A stretch of 64,000 nucleotides of DNA. Source: a virus. The notes beneath the pieces are model-generated. The model did not search any database. It was not told where the DNA came from and saw only the letters and a list, made by a program, of their open reading frames with translations. The stretch is from the IMG/VR virus record IMGVR_UViG_3300032331_001791, positions 1-64,000 of that record, one strand, 5' to 3'. The position numbers were made by a program, and so were the translations under genes. The first letter of the stretch is position 1, and every line of letters begins with the position of its first letter. Below, in pieces: positions 29,916 through 39,804 of this stretch.

Positions 29916-32399
29916 ATGGCTAATTATACTTTTGCAGATAGTTCCTATAGATTTATAAATCCAATCAGATATTATAAGGCTAATGATCCTTACTATTTTG
30001 AAGTGGATAATATTCCAATCAAACAATTGGAAGAAAATTGCTTGTGGTTAAGAGATCAATTAACTAAAGCTTTAGGGGATAGAGCAAGCGGAGAATCATT
30101 AGGAATTAAAAGAAAAGATTTAGATGAGTTAAGACCATATGCAACTGGTAGTGATAGAACTATCAGAGTTAAACCAGGGAGATTTACAGCTAGAATAAAT
30201 GATATTGGAAAAAGTCCTTTAGCTTTATATGAAAAACTTGCTGGGGATAATCTACAAGATACTGAATTATACAAACTTTTTGGAGCTAATGATTCTGCTG
30301 ATTCTAGAAATGATGCAGTTTTAGCAGCACTAACAAAACTAAAATCTAGCACTTCTACAAATGCTCTTTCAATGAATGGTTTAACAGAAAGAGCATTTAC
30401 TTGGGCAGTTAAAGATACAAGTAAACCATCTGATTTTGCTGGTCTAACTTCAGATCTTTTAGAATATACTGGACTAAATGCAAATTCAAATATAGGTCCT
30501 TTCATATATGCTCAAGTAATATTACCTTGGGCAATGTCAATAGGAACAGGATCAAGTTACTATGGTGTTGCTGCAACTTATGATGAGACAAGTCCTCAAG
30601 TTGGCTTTAGTAGACTCCCATTATTGGAAAGTGAATTTATAAAGAGATGGAGAGGAGTTGCTAGAACAGCTATTGTGGATGTTCCTGAAGAGTTAACTGT
30701 TGATGTTCCAGAGTTTAGTGCAGATGATTTTTATTACATAGATGAGAACGGAACTAGAGTAACTTTATCAGCACAAAGTAGAATAGATTTAGTATTTATT
30801 TATTCAAAATCAGTTGATACTTCAGCTACTACTGTTTATAAAAATGGAGCAGTTACACAGATAACGGCCCCAGCACTTGGAATTGTTCGTGGAGCAGGAA
30901 TAGGACCTAAGTTTCAACAAACTTCTTCTAGAGCAAACCAAACAGGATTAGACGGAAATGGTAATCCAATGATAATGGCTAGTGTTGGGGATTCCCAAAT
31001 GGCTAACAGTGGGTTTACACAATCATTAACAGGAACAGAGCAGACAGAAACTATGAAGGGATCATTCCCTTCTCCAGATGATTTACTGAACTTATCCCCT
31101 TTATTATGTAATGAATTAGAAGAAAACGCTGTTGAGTTAGTAGGGCAGTCTATTCTTCCTGTGGCTTATGTTTTTGTGAGATCAGTTCCTACAACAATAG
31201 CAGGAACAGAGGTTATAGATTCTGATGATGTTATTGATATTAGACCATTCTTTAGAACTGCTGAATTAAGTTATAATGAAAGAGCAGGAATTGCTGCTGC
31301 TGTTCCTCAACTATCTTTAGCAAATCCTGCTGTTGGAAGAGCAGAACTTGACAAAGAACTCTGGAGAGTGACTGGCTATGTTGATACAAGAGTAAATGAA
31401 CTTTTAAATCAAAATAATAGTAATGGGGCAGTTAGTTTTCTAAATAGCCCTAGAGTTGCAGCAACTGGATATGTTTTTGGTGGATATAATTATGGTCCTG
31501 AAGCTGTTCTATTAAAATTCTATAAAGATAAGTTCGCCTCAAATACGGATACAAGAGATGATTCAATATCTTATATTAAGAATTTTATTATATCAAAGTA
31601 TGGATACGGAAATGCATCTTTAACACCGATAGCAATTCCAAATTATCCAGACTGGGATATTGCTGAATGGTGTAAAATAAATACAACTATGGGATCAAAA
31701 GGTCTTTATCCAAATGACAGAATAACTCCAGTAGTATCCCATGAAACTGGTTCTGTAGATGAATTTATTAAAGCTGGCTCTTCTAAAGTTGTAAGCCTTC
31801 CTGGAGTTGTAGAGTCTTATTCATGGTTATCAAGTGATTCTCAGAAAAGATTTACAAATACAGAAGTTACTAATAGTGGAGAGCACGGGCAACATAAAGT
31901 ATCGTTCTACTATGTTTCAAAGAAAATAAAATTTACTCGTCCAGCATGGATGCTTGATTATCATGTCGATATAGAACTAGTAAATTCTATGTATTTGACA
32001 GATAGAGGAGCAAGTTTAGATAATGGGGCTGGTAATAATTCTGCTGCATATACTGGAATGTGGGTTGAAAAAGGTGCGTCTGAATTTACAGTATATGTAG
32101 CTTTCTCTGCTAGAGATTATAAAAATTCAACAGGAGCGCAAGCTTCTTTGCTTCCTGTAAATAATAGAGAAAGCGAAAACTTTGCAAGTTTCTTAGTTTT
32201 AGTAAGGGACATATTAACCTCTGAAACAGCAGCAGAAACTGAATGTGGTGCTGGATTCTTAGGTAATGTTAGAGTTGGAAAATGTACTTATCCAACAATA
32301 AAGTGGAAATTAACTGCAATACCTAGAGATGGGGCTGGAGATTTCCATTATACAAATTTAAATTCAGAAAATCCAACGATTACTTTACAAGGAGGCTAA
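29916..32399 (+). CDS. Virion (baseplate/fibre) protein
   Basis: 827 aa; shares the N-terminal DNxPxxxLEE motif with the upstream tailspike. Confidence 0.5.
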   Translation: MANYTFADSSYRFINPIRYYKANDPYYFEVDNIPIKQLEENCLWLRDQLTKALGDRASGESLGIKRKDLDELRPYATGSDRTIRVKPGRFTARINDIGKSPLALYEKLAGDNLQDTELYKLFGANDSADSRNDAVLAALTKLKSSTSTNALSMNGLTERAFTWAVKDTSKPSDFAGLTSDLLEYTGLNANSNIGPFIYAQVILPWAMSIGTGSSYYGVAATYDETSPQVGFSRLPLLESEFIKRWRGVARTAIVDVPEELTVDVPEFSADDFYYIDENGTRVTLSAQSRIDLVFIYSKSVDTSATTVYKNGAVTQITAPALGIVRGAGIGPKFQQTSSRANQTGLDGNGNPMIMASVGDSQMANSGFTQSLTGTEQTETMKGSFPSPDDLLNLSPLLCNELEENAVELVGQSILPVAYVFVRSVPTTIAGTEVIDSDDVIDIRPFFRTAELSYNERAGIAAAVPQLSLANPAVGRAELDKELWRVTGYVDTRVNELLNQNNSNGAVSFLNSPRVAATGYVFGGYNYGPEAVLLKFYKDKFASNTDTRDDSISYIKNFIISKYGYGNASLTPIAIPNYPDWDIAEWCKINTTMGSKGLYPNDRITPVVSHETGSVDEFIKAGSSKVVSLPGVVESYSWLSSDSQKRFTNTEVTNSGEHGQHKVSFYYVSKKIKFTRPAWMLDYHVDIELVNSMYLTDRGASLDNGAGNNSAAYTGMWVEKGASEFTVYVAFSARDYKNSTGAQASLLPVNNRESENFASFLVLVRDILTSETAAETECGAGFLGNVRVGKCTYPTIKWKLTAIPRDGAGDFHYTNLNSENPTITLQGG

Positions 32400-32405
32400 T
32401 AGCCT

Positions 32406-35400
32406 TTGGCAATTAATCCATCGTTTAACTGTGGCTACTTTGCTCCAGGTGATGGGCAAAGAATAGATCCACCTCCACCTGGAGGAGGGAGAAGACAGCC
32501 CCATGTAAGCCATAGGGAAAGAACGGACCCAAGAAGAACTCCAGGGGGTCCTATAATGCCCAGACCACCTGATGATGATAAGGGTGGAGGTAATCCAGAA
32601 AAGTTGTGCGTATATCCTAGTTGGACTTGTAATAGAAGACCTATCACTCAACCTTGGGATGATTCTTTTAATTGTACTGTAACTGGTATTAATGGGTTTG
32701 TTAGATTATGTAAATGTGCTTATACAGAAAAAACTTGGTGTAGTTACAAAGCAATAGAGGGACCATGTGATAATCCCCCTACTCTCGTCCCACCAGTTTA
32801 TGATGATTTATCAAAGTGTTTCCAGAATTGTAAACCTAATAAAATTTTTGACTGTGATAGAAATCCAAGAACTTTAGAACCTAATCCAGGCAATCCTACT
32901 ACTCCAAGTCCTGGTGGACCTTCTACTGGACCAAGCACATTTATTTTAATTCATGTGTGCAAGAAAAATCCAGGAACTGGTTATATAAATGCAGACTGCC
33001 CTCCCCCAGATCCTGGACAAATAGATTTATGTATTCGTTGTAGAAGACGAATAATAACTGTAGCTCGTTGTACAACTGAAGCTAGAACTGTAGATTTTGG
33101 GGAACAATATCAGTTTGGTCCTGGGGAATATGAATATGATTGGCAATGTACTGCTCAATGCAGACCAGAATTCGGACCATTAGAGTGTGAGTGGAGAAGT
33201 GTCACTGTTGATCCTAATAATCCAGCAGGTCCTTTTACACCAACTCCTGGAGGTGGAGGAGGTGGAATAACTCCAACCAATCCAAGTAACCCAGCAGGAC
33301 CCTTTACACCAACTCCAGGGGGAAGTGGTGGGAGTACAACCCCTACTAATCCAAGTAATCCAGCGGGAGGCTTGACTGGAACTGGTCCTCAAAGTGGAAG
33401 TCCAAGCAGAAGTAGAGAATGTACTATTGATATATGGACTTGTTTAAGAACTCCAATAGTTCCACCAAAAAGAATTTTTACTGGATGTCCAAGTTATTGT
33501 GTATGTACTATTTCAGAAAATACACAATGTGTTCAAAATTATCCTACAGGTAGACCAAAAAAATTAACTTGTCTACCTAATGAAACCTGTGATCAATGTA
33601 GAAATAGATACACTTTTGCATTAGGAGAATATAAAAGTCCAAGTCAATGTCAATCTAATTGTACTACTAGAGTTGAGACTGATTGCGGAAGTGTAATTCC
33701 AGATGTAAATGAACCAGGAGGAGGAGCTACTGGAACAGGAGAAGGAAATGGTAATGGTGGAGGGGGAATAATTATTCCAGGAGGAGCAGATACTCCAGGA
33801 GGTCTTACTTCAAGGCCCCCAAATTCTAATGGAGGAGGAATAATTTCAGGTAGAGTTATTACTGGACAAAGCAATAATTTCCCAGGGTTTTCTCCAGCTA
33901 ACCAAAATTCTAATAGAACTAGAGTACCTAATAGAAACACTTATTCAGGTGGACTATCTGATTTAGAGCCACCATCAGAACCTCAAGTTAGAGTTTATTT
34001 TAAATGTGTAAAAACTCCTCCTACTTCACCACAGACAGTACCTTGTGTAAATCCAAGAACAAAACAAAGAACTTGTCAATGCCCAATACTTTCTAAGGCT
34101 TCATGTACCCAAGAAGTAGTCATACAAAATTTAGATGGTACTTTCCCCCCTCCAACATTACCCTATGATTCTTTCTCAACAGACAGTGACTCTGTTTGTA
34201 ATGGGTGTGTGGATATAATTGGTGATTGCCCACTTGGGGCTATAACAGGCCCAACACAATTTGAAGAGCCTAATCAACCTAATAATGGAGGATCAACAGG
34301 GGGAACAGTCACACTTCCTGGAGGAACTGCTACTGGAACTGGGACATCTTTAGATCCTTTTGGTGAACTAATCATATCAGAAGAGCTAACACAAAACGAA
34401 ACTTTAGCCATAAACCAAGACTTTGATACTTCAATTTTATTTATGGATGCTGCTCCTTTTGATGGAAATATAGTAGCTAATGATAAATATTATTTAGATA
34501 TTTTTGGGCCTTATGTTCACAGAAGCATTCTTTATATTTTTGAGAAAGTTACTTCAAATGAGAATTGGGATTCCTTACCTTTATCTGATTTAACTTATGA
34601 TAACATAGAAAAAAGTTTAAACACAGAATTTTTAGATGCTATAAAAAATATTAAAGACTTAGATAATAAAAAAATACCTCATTATTATTTCCTAGATGTA
34701 ATAAAATCAAAATTAGTAAATGGTGAATTAGATTCTATTGATGCTGCTCACTTAAAAACATTAGCTAGTCAAGAGCTTTTAGATCTAAGAATTCCAACAA
34801 AAACTAATAATGATCAATTAAACATTTTAAAAGCTTTTGCATATTTAGAACAAAGATTAATTCCATTAGATCCTACTGTTGCTGCTGGGAGAACTAGAAA
34901 CTCTTCAATAGTTCCTTTATTTAAAACTTTTGCCACTGATTTAGAAAAAGCTATACCTGTTCGTATAGACGGAATAGATTATAAAGTTTATATTGATGAT
35001 AATGATACAGTTATTGGAAGAGCAGGATATAAGATAACTGATGGTGATTATGTAACCATAGGAACAGGTGCAGTCAGAAAAAGATTATATCTCTCAACAG
35101 AAAAAGATCATGCGTATGTCATAACTCCTTTTGATAAATTAGTTGCTTTAAATTTATTAGGAGGAGACCCAACAACTACACTATCAACTTCTAGTAATTA
35201 TTCTGGATTAGTAGAATTTACTTATGACCTAAGTACTCCCAGAGAAGACTTTTATTTCTTAAAGTTAGTAACTGATACTGTTTCTACTGCAAAGAAAACT
35301 CCATATATAGATACCACTATGGCTAGATATGATCTGCAAAAAGCAAGTACAGATGCAGATTTTTCAGCTATAAACGAGTATATAAAATTTAAATCTAATC

Positions 35401-36236
35401 ACGAAATTTATCATATTGCATATGATGATGTATTCTTAGATCATATGCTTAATAGTAGTAGTGTTTATCTTATGCAAGATGATGTTCGTTTTGATGGAAA
35501 TGCTAGAAAAACAAATAAGTCGGTTCCATTACTTGTTCGTCAAATGCCTTGGTATATAATATTATTTCCAACAGATAGACAAGATATGAATACTTTCTTA
35601 GGTAAATCTAAGATAACTACATTTAGGACTGGAAATAGTGGTATAGTAGAAAGAAGTTTAGTTTTCTCTTATCCTCTGAATAGAGACTTCTTTAATCCAA
35701 GTTTAGATTTACCACAATTTGTAAGTTATAAATTAAGTTTCCCAAATGAAAATGTGTATGGTGGATTAGATATACAAAGTAGAGAAATGTTTTTAGATAA
35801 GAATAATCCTATATTTAAAACTGGATATAAGGGTGATCAACCAATTCCAAGAAAGAAATCTGGATTAAGAATTGCTTACGATATAATACAAGAATTAACA
35901 AACAATTATATCGTTGATCGAGGAGTAACAACCTTTGATGTTTTCTCAAGAATGAACTTTGCTCAATTTAATAGTTTTAGTACAAATTTAAGTGAGGGGG
36001 TATTTGAACAAATTAAATCTGGAGCATTTGGATCTAGAATGTATAGCGTAACTAAATATTCAGGTGACCCATTCTTATTTAAAACTGCTTTAGTTCGTAG
36101 AAGAGCAAGCGGGGCTGCTACAGATAATTTTAGACAAATTAAATCTACAAATACAGGTTATTATGTAGATCCCCCAACACTTACTGAAAAATCAAAATTA
36201 ATTATATCTAGAAATTCTAGACCGTTGAGGACCTAA
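32406..36236 (+). CDS. Giant Cys/Pro/Gly-rich modular virion protein
   Basis: TTG start with GGAGG RBS; four Cys-rich modules with Pro/Gly linkers; Cys-free C-terminal half. Confidence 0.65.
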   Translation: MAINPSFNCGYFAPGDGQRIDPPPPGGGRRQPHVSHRERTDPRRTPGGPIMPRPPDDDKGGGNPEKLCVYPSWTCNRRPITQPWDDSFNCTVTGINGFVRLCKCAYTEKTWCSYKAIEGPCDNPPTLVPPVYDDLSKCFQNCKPNKIFDCDRNPRTLEPNPGNPTTPSPGGPSTGPSTFILIHVCKKNPGTGYINADCPPPDPGQIDLCIRCRRRIITVARCTTEARTVDFGEQYQFGPGEYEYDWQCTAQCRPEFGPLECEWRSVTVDPNNPAGPFTPTPGGGGGGITPTNPSNPAGPFTPTPGGSGGSTTPTNPSNPAGGLTGTGPQSGSPSRSRECTIDIWTCLRTPIVPPKRIFTGCPSYCVCTISENTQCVQNYPTGRPKKLTCLPNETCDQCRNRYTFALGEYKSPSQCQSNCTTRVETDCGSVIPDVNEPGGGATGTGEGNGNGGGGIIIPGGADTPGGLTSRPPNSNGGGIISGRVITGQSNNFPGFSPANQNSNRTRVPNRNTYSGGLSDLEPPSEPQVRVYFKCVKTPPTSPQTVPCVNPRTKQRTCQCPILSKASCTQEVVIQNLDGTFPPPTLPYDSFSTDSDSVCNGCVDIIGDCPLGAITGPTQFEEPNQPNNGGSTGGTVTLPGGTATGTGTSLDPFGELIISEELTQNETLAINQDFDTSILFMDAAPFDGNIVANDKYYLDIFGPYVHRSILYIFEKVTSNENWDSLPLSDLTYDNIEKSLNTEFLDAIKNIKDLDNKKIPHYYFLDVIKSKLVNGELDSIDAAHLKTLASQELLDLRIPTKTNNDQLNILKAFAYLEQRLIPLDPTVAAGRTRNSSIVPLFKTFATDLEKAIPVRIDGIDYKVYIDDNDTVIGRAGYKITDGDYVTIGTGAVRKRLYLSTEKDHAYVITPFDKLVALNLLGGDPTTTLSTSSNYSGLVEFTYDLSTPREDFYFLKLVTDTVSTAKKTPYIDTTMARYDLQKASTDADFSAINEYIKFKSNHEIYHIAYDDVFLDHMLNSSSVYLMQDDVRFDGNARKTNKSVPLLVRQMPWYIILFPTDRQDMNTFLGKSKITTFRTGNSGIVERSLVFSYPLNRDFFNPSLDLPQFVSYKLSFPNENVYGGLDIQSREMFLDKNNPIFKTGYKGDQPIPRKKSGLRIAYDIIQELTNNYIVDRGVTTFDVFSRMNFAQFNSFSTNLSEGVFEQIKSGAFGSRMYSVTKYSGDPFLFKTALVRRRASGAATDNFRQIKSTNTGYYVDPPTLTEKSKLIISRNSRPLRT
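33211..33370 (+). repeat. About 69-bp (23-aa) coding tandem repeat NPAGPFTPTPGG..TPTNPS
   Basis: Two full and one partial copies visible in both DNA and protein. Confidence 0.8.
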
Positions 36237-36238
36237 TT

Positions 36239-36808
36239 ATGCCAGGAGCAATGAGAATAAATGACAGTTCTGTTGGTATTGTTGAAGCTTTTTATCCTAG
36301 CCCAGCTACTGGAGGTAGTCCTAATGTCAAAATAAATACAAGGTTTGCTATGAGAGTAAATGACTCATATGAAGACCATATTCATTTACCACCATTAGGA
36401 ACTGTGCATACGGGTAGAGTTGCAGAAACAGGAAGTAGCACAGTTAGAATCAATGGATCCCCTGCCCATAGAGAGTTAGACCTAATAGGAGGAGGAAGAA
36501 GTTATACTGTCATACGAGAAGATGTACAAGAATTATGTGGTCAACAAAGACCTGGGTTTATAAGTTGGACTGCGCTTCCAGGTGGACCTTGTTATGTAAT
36601 TCAAAATGGAACAACAATTATTGATGATGATTGTTGTGCAACCCAAATAAATACTTATCAAGATCTTTATTTTGAACCTTGTAATGATATAGCTTTACAA
36701 GGTTCAAATAATGTTTTTATTGGGGGAAGTCCCACATCTCCAGGACAAAGCACTGGATCTGAGTTAATCTCTTCCACTTTATTAAGTACTCAAATAGTAG
36801 GAAGTTAA
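36239..36808 (+). CDS. PAAR spike-tip protein (gp5.4-like) with insertion
   Basis: GSPNVKIN..AMRVND, GSSTVRING.PAHRELD and GSNNVFIG repeats; His and Cys Zn ligands. Confidence 0.85.
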   Translation: MPGAMRINDSSVGIVEAFYPSPATGGSPNVKINTRFAMRVNDSYEDHIHLPPLGTVHTGRVAETGSSTVRINGSPAHRELDLIGGGRSYTVIREDVQELCGQQRPGFISWTALPGGPCYVIQNGTTIIDDDCCATQINTYQDLYFEPCNDIALQGSNNVFIGGSPTSPGQSTGSELISSTLLSTQIVGS

Positions 36809-36901
36809 TTTTAATTGAACAAAAAAATAAAAAAAATCAATATTTTTAATTGATCACCTACATATTTTTAGAGTTTAAAAAACTTTATTTGGAGAAAATT
36901 T

Positions 36902-37423
36902 ATGAACCATATTAAACTTAATGACGATTATCGTCGTATGTTGTTAGAATCAGCCTCATGGGGTAAGGTTGGTGTTGATGTTGTACCCCAAGAACAAGAG
37001 CAAGATCAAGTTGAAGAAGAAGGTGAAGAGCAGGAGATTTCTGAAGAGGCTGATGTTCATGTTTGCCCTCTTTGTGTTTCTCCTCTAGAAGAAGAGCTTG
37101 ATCGTGATAGAATCCTAGAGCACCTAGAAATAGTTGCTAATATTCTAGACCGTCTTGAACAAATCAATGAAAGCGAAGAGGCTGATTTAGAAGAAATCAT
37201 TTCTCAAGCTGTTGATGAAGTTCTACTTGAAAATGAAGTAGAAGAAGAAGGCGAAGAGGAATATATCGCTGAAGAAGAAACCGAAGAAGAAGAAACCGAA
37301 GAAGAAGAGGTTGTCGAAGAGGCTTACGGCAAAAAAGGAAAAATGCCTAAAGGACTAATGCCTAAGGGTAAGATGCCAAAAGGTAAGATGCCAAAAGGTA
37401 AGATGCCAAAAGGATCTTGCTGA
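36902..37423 (+). CDS. Acidic prohead core protein with CxxC and basic KGKMP tail
   Basis: Very Glu-rich; upstream of the prohead protease; LLE/INE/VEE motifs. Confidence 0.6.
   Translation: MNHIKLNDDYRRMLLESASWGKVGVDVVPQEQEQDQVEEEGEEQEISEEADVHVCPLCVSPLEEELDRDRILEHLEIVANILDRLEQINESEEADLEEIISQAVDEVLLENEVEEEGEEEYIAEEETEEEETEEEEVVEEAYGKKGKMPKGLMPKGKMPKGKMPKGKMPKGSC
37334..37414 (+). repeat. 15-bp tandem repeat encoding (KGKMP) x5
   Basis: aaaggtaagatgcca units; one copy is KGLMP. Confidence 0.9.
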
Positions 37424-37434
37424 TTTAAAAATTT

Positions 37435-37869
37435 ATGAACTCCCTTCGTGATATGGGACTCACCATGGGTGAGTATGCTGAAAAGCTTATAAATGAAGGG
37501 CTGGTGGCTCCGTCTAAAACTACGGCTGCACCAGCCCCAAAAGCCGAAGAGCCTAATTACAAGCAGTTAGATATTTCTAAAACTAAAGTTCCTGATTCAT
37601 TTATGAAACAGTTGCTTGGTGAAAGTTATGTATCTAAACAGCCAAATAAAGTTCATAAGAAGATTGTTAAGGAAGAGACTAAACCCCAACAACATTTTAT
37701 AAATGAAGAAAAAGTTGATGAGTTAATATCTCTATTAAGAGATGTTAAAAGTTTATTAATGGAAATGACAACTGTTGGTAATATAGGCACTAACTTAGCT
37801 GGCCCTGTTCAAAAACCTAAAACTAAAAAAGATGCTTTTAAAACAGCTCTTAGAAAAATTAGAAAATGA
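37435..37869 (+). CDS. Prohead core / internal head protein
   Basis: Head cluster; LINE, LLGE, FINE and LLME-MTTVGNIG motifs. Confidence 0.55.
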   Translation: MNSLRDMGLTMGEYAEKLINEGLVAPSKTTAAPAPKAEEPNYKQLDISKTKVPDSFMKQLLGESYVSKQPNKVHKKIVKEETKPQQHFINEEKVDELISLLRDVKSLLMEMTTVGNIGTNLAGPVQKPKTKKDAFKTALRKIRK

Positions 37870-38267
37870 ATTTAGTCAACATACTTGATCTATTAATTGA
37901 AAAAAAGCAAAGAAAAGAAAAGGAATTTGGAAAGGGAAAGAATGTTTCTAACCCTATCAAAAGCAGAGCTAAAACATATCCTTCAATTTCTAAAGCTTTA
38001 GGAGTTGCAAATTATGGGGACATATTTACTACTACCGCTGCAAATAGATTGTATGTTGTAACTAAAGGAAAATGGGGAGCAAAGAGTGGAAAGGGGAAGG
38101 TAGCTAAAGGATTTACTCCTGGAAGCTCCACCCCTTCCGCTGATTTCCCTTCTATAAAAAAACACGCAGTTAGAACACGACTCAGATATAATCCATCTAA
38201 CGCATCAAAAACATTGGCTAAAAAATATGGTAGCCGAAATCTCAAGAAAAAGTTTGGAGTAAAGTAA
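37866..38267 (+). CDS. Basic internal head protein
   Basis: Short leader ending LLIE, then a Lys/Arg-rich body. Confidence 0.55.
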   Translation: MNLVNILDLLIEKKQRKEKEFGKGKNVSNPIKSRAKTYPSISKALGVANYGDIFTTTAANRLYVVTKGKWGAKSGKGKVAKGFTPGSSTPSADFPSIKKHAVRTRLRYNPSNASKTLAKKYGSRNLKKKFGVK

Positions 38268-38268
38268 A

Positions 38269-39021
38269 ATGTTATTAACAGATGTATTCATAATTGAAAG
38301 ATTAGAAGTTCTACAAGAAGGAACTGGGAATAAGACCATGAAAGTTCGTGGAGTTTTCCAGAGAGCCGAAGAATCAAATAACAATGGAAGAATATACCCT
38401 ACTGGAATTCTTTCAAAACAAGTTGGTAAACTTCAATCAATGATTACTGAGAGAAGACTTTGTGGTGAGTTAGATCACCCACAAAATGATTCTGTCAAAT
38501 TATCAAACGCATCTCATCTTATTACCAAACTAGAGATGAAAGGTAATGAAGTTATTGGTGAAGCAGAAATTTTAAATACTCCTGCTGGTTTAACAGCCAA
38601 AGCTTTAATTAATGGAGGAGTGAAGATTGGAATTTCTTCAAGAGGAATGGGTACTCTATCAGAGGATTCTAAGGGTCAAAAGATTGTCAATGAAGATTTC
38701 AATCTAATAACATTTGATCTTGTTGCAGACCCTTCAACAAGAGGAGCACATCCAATGGTTTCTGAATCAAAAACACTTTCTTTTGTAAATGAATCTACAA
38801 CAAAACTAAAGAAAGAAGAAGTATTCCTCACTCTACTAAAGAATAAATTTAGCCAAGCATATGATAATTTTATAGATGAGGTTCATGGGGGAACTCATTT
38901 AATAGGAAACCAAGCAAAACTTGATGTAAATAAAAGTGGATCTTTAGATGCAGAAGATTTTAAAATGTTACGAAAAGGAAAGAAGGCTAAAAAAATATTA
39001 AGAGGCATGAGAAAGAAATGA
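38269..39021 (+). CDS. Prohead core protease (T4 gp21-like)
   Basis: N.NGRIYP, GELDHP, ASH.I, GISSRGMG, FDLVADPS. Confidence 0.95.
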   Translation: MLLTDVFIIERLEVLQEGTGNKTMKVRGVFQRAEESNNNGRIYPTGILSKQVGKLQSMITERRLCGELDHPQNDSVKLSNASHLITKLEMKGNEVIGEAEILNTPAGLTAKALINGGVKIGISSRGMGTLSEDSKGQKIVNEDFNLITFDLVADPSTRGAHPMVSESKTLSFVNESTTKLKKEEVFLTLLKNKFSQAYDNFIDEVHGGTHLIGNQAKLDVNKSGSLDAEDFKMLRKGKKAKKILRGMRKK

Positions 39022-39737
39022 GCTATTTAAATAAATTAAAATTAATTTCAGAAGCTCAACCTGCCATGCAACCTAATAAAAAAAAGGTTCCTGGATCAAC
39101 TAAATCCTCATCTAAAAAAGAGAAAGATTCTGAAAAAGATAAAGAAGATAAACCTAATTTAGTAAATACATTTAGCTCAAGCGCAAAAACCGCCTTTACC
39201 TCACCAGAAGAAATAGGAAGCAAACTTGGAGGGGGTGCTCTTGGACATACTCTTGGAACGGCAAGAACTTTAGCTGGAGCAGCGGCAGGGGTTGCAAAAC
39301 CTCTTGTAAGTGCTGGATTGAAAACTGCTGGTAAATATATTACAAAGGGATATAAGAGTTTATTTTCTAAGACTAAAGGAAAACCAGCCCCCACACCTAC
39401 CGAAAAGCCAAAAAAATTAAGTCCAGAAGAAATTAATAAACTTAAAAATACTCAACAAGCTCAAGAAAAAAGAAAACTTAGAACTCAAAGAGATCTTAGT
39501 TTAGGTTCTGATTTATCTACTATTGGAAAACAAGCTGGTGGAGTTAAAGCAATTCGTAAAACACAAAGTGATGATGAAGCACAAAATAGAATGCGGAAGA
39601 ATAAAGAAATATTAGCAAAAAGAAGATATGCAACTGCTTATGCTAATAAAGTTCCTGGGCTAGATAATTTTTCTGAAGGTTCAGAGATTAATAAAGCAAA
39701 ACTCGCTTATCTTTCTTTATTAAAATATATAAACTAA
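39018..39737 (+). CDS. Basic low-complexity internal head protein
   Basis: Leader ending LISE; Lys/Ala/Gly-rich; between protease and scaffold. Confidence 0.5.
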   Translation: MSYLNKLKLISEAQPAMQPNKKKVPGSTKSSSKKEKDSEKDKEDKPNLVNTFSSSAKTAFTSPEEIGSKLGGGALGHTLGTARTLAGAAAGVAKPLVSAGLKTAGKYITKGYKSLFSKTKGKPAPTPTEKPKKLSPEEINKLKNTQQAQEKRKLRTQRDLSLGSDLSTIGKQAGGVKAIRKTQSDDEAQNRMRKNKEILAKRRYATAYANKVPGLDNFSEGSEINKAKLAYLSLLKYIN

Positions 39738-39804
39738 TACATTTTTTAAAAAAAAATAAAAATCGTAGATATAGTTAGTATCTACTTAAAGGATCAGGAC
39801 TTAT

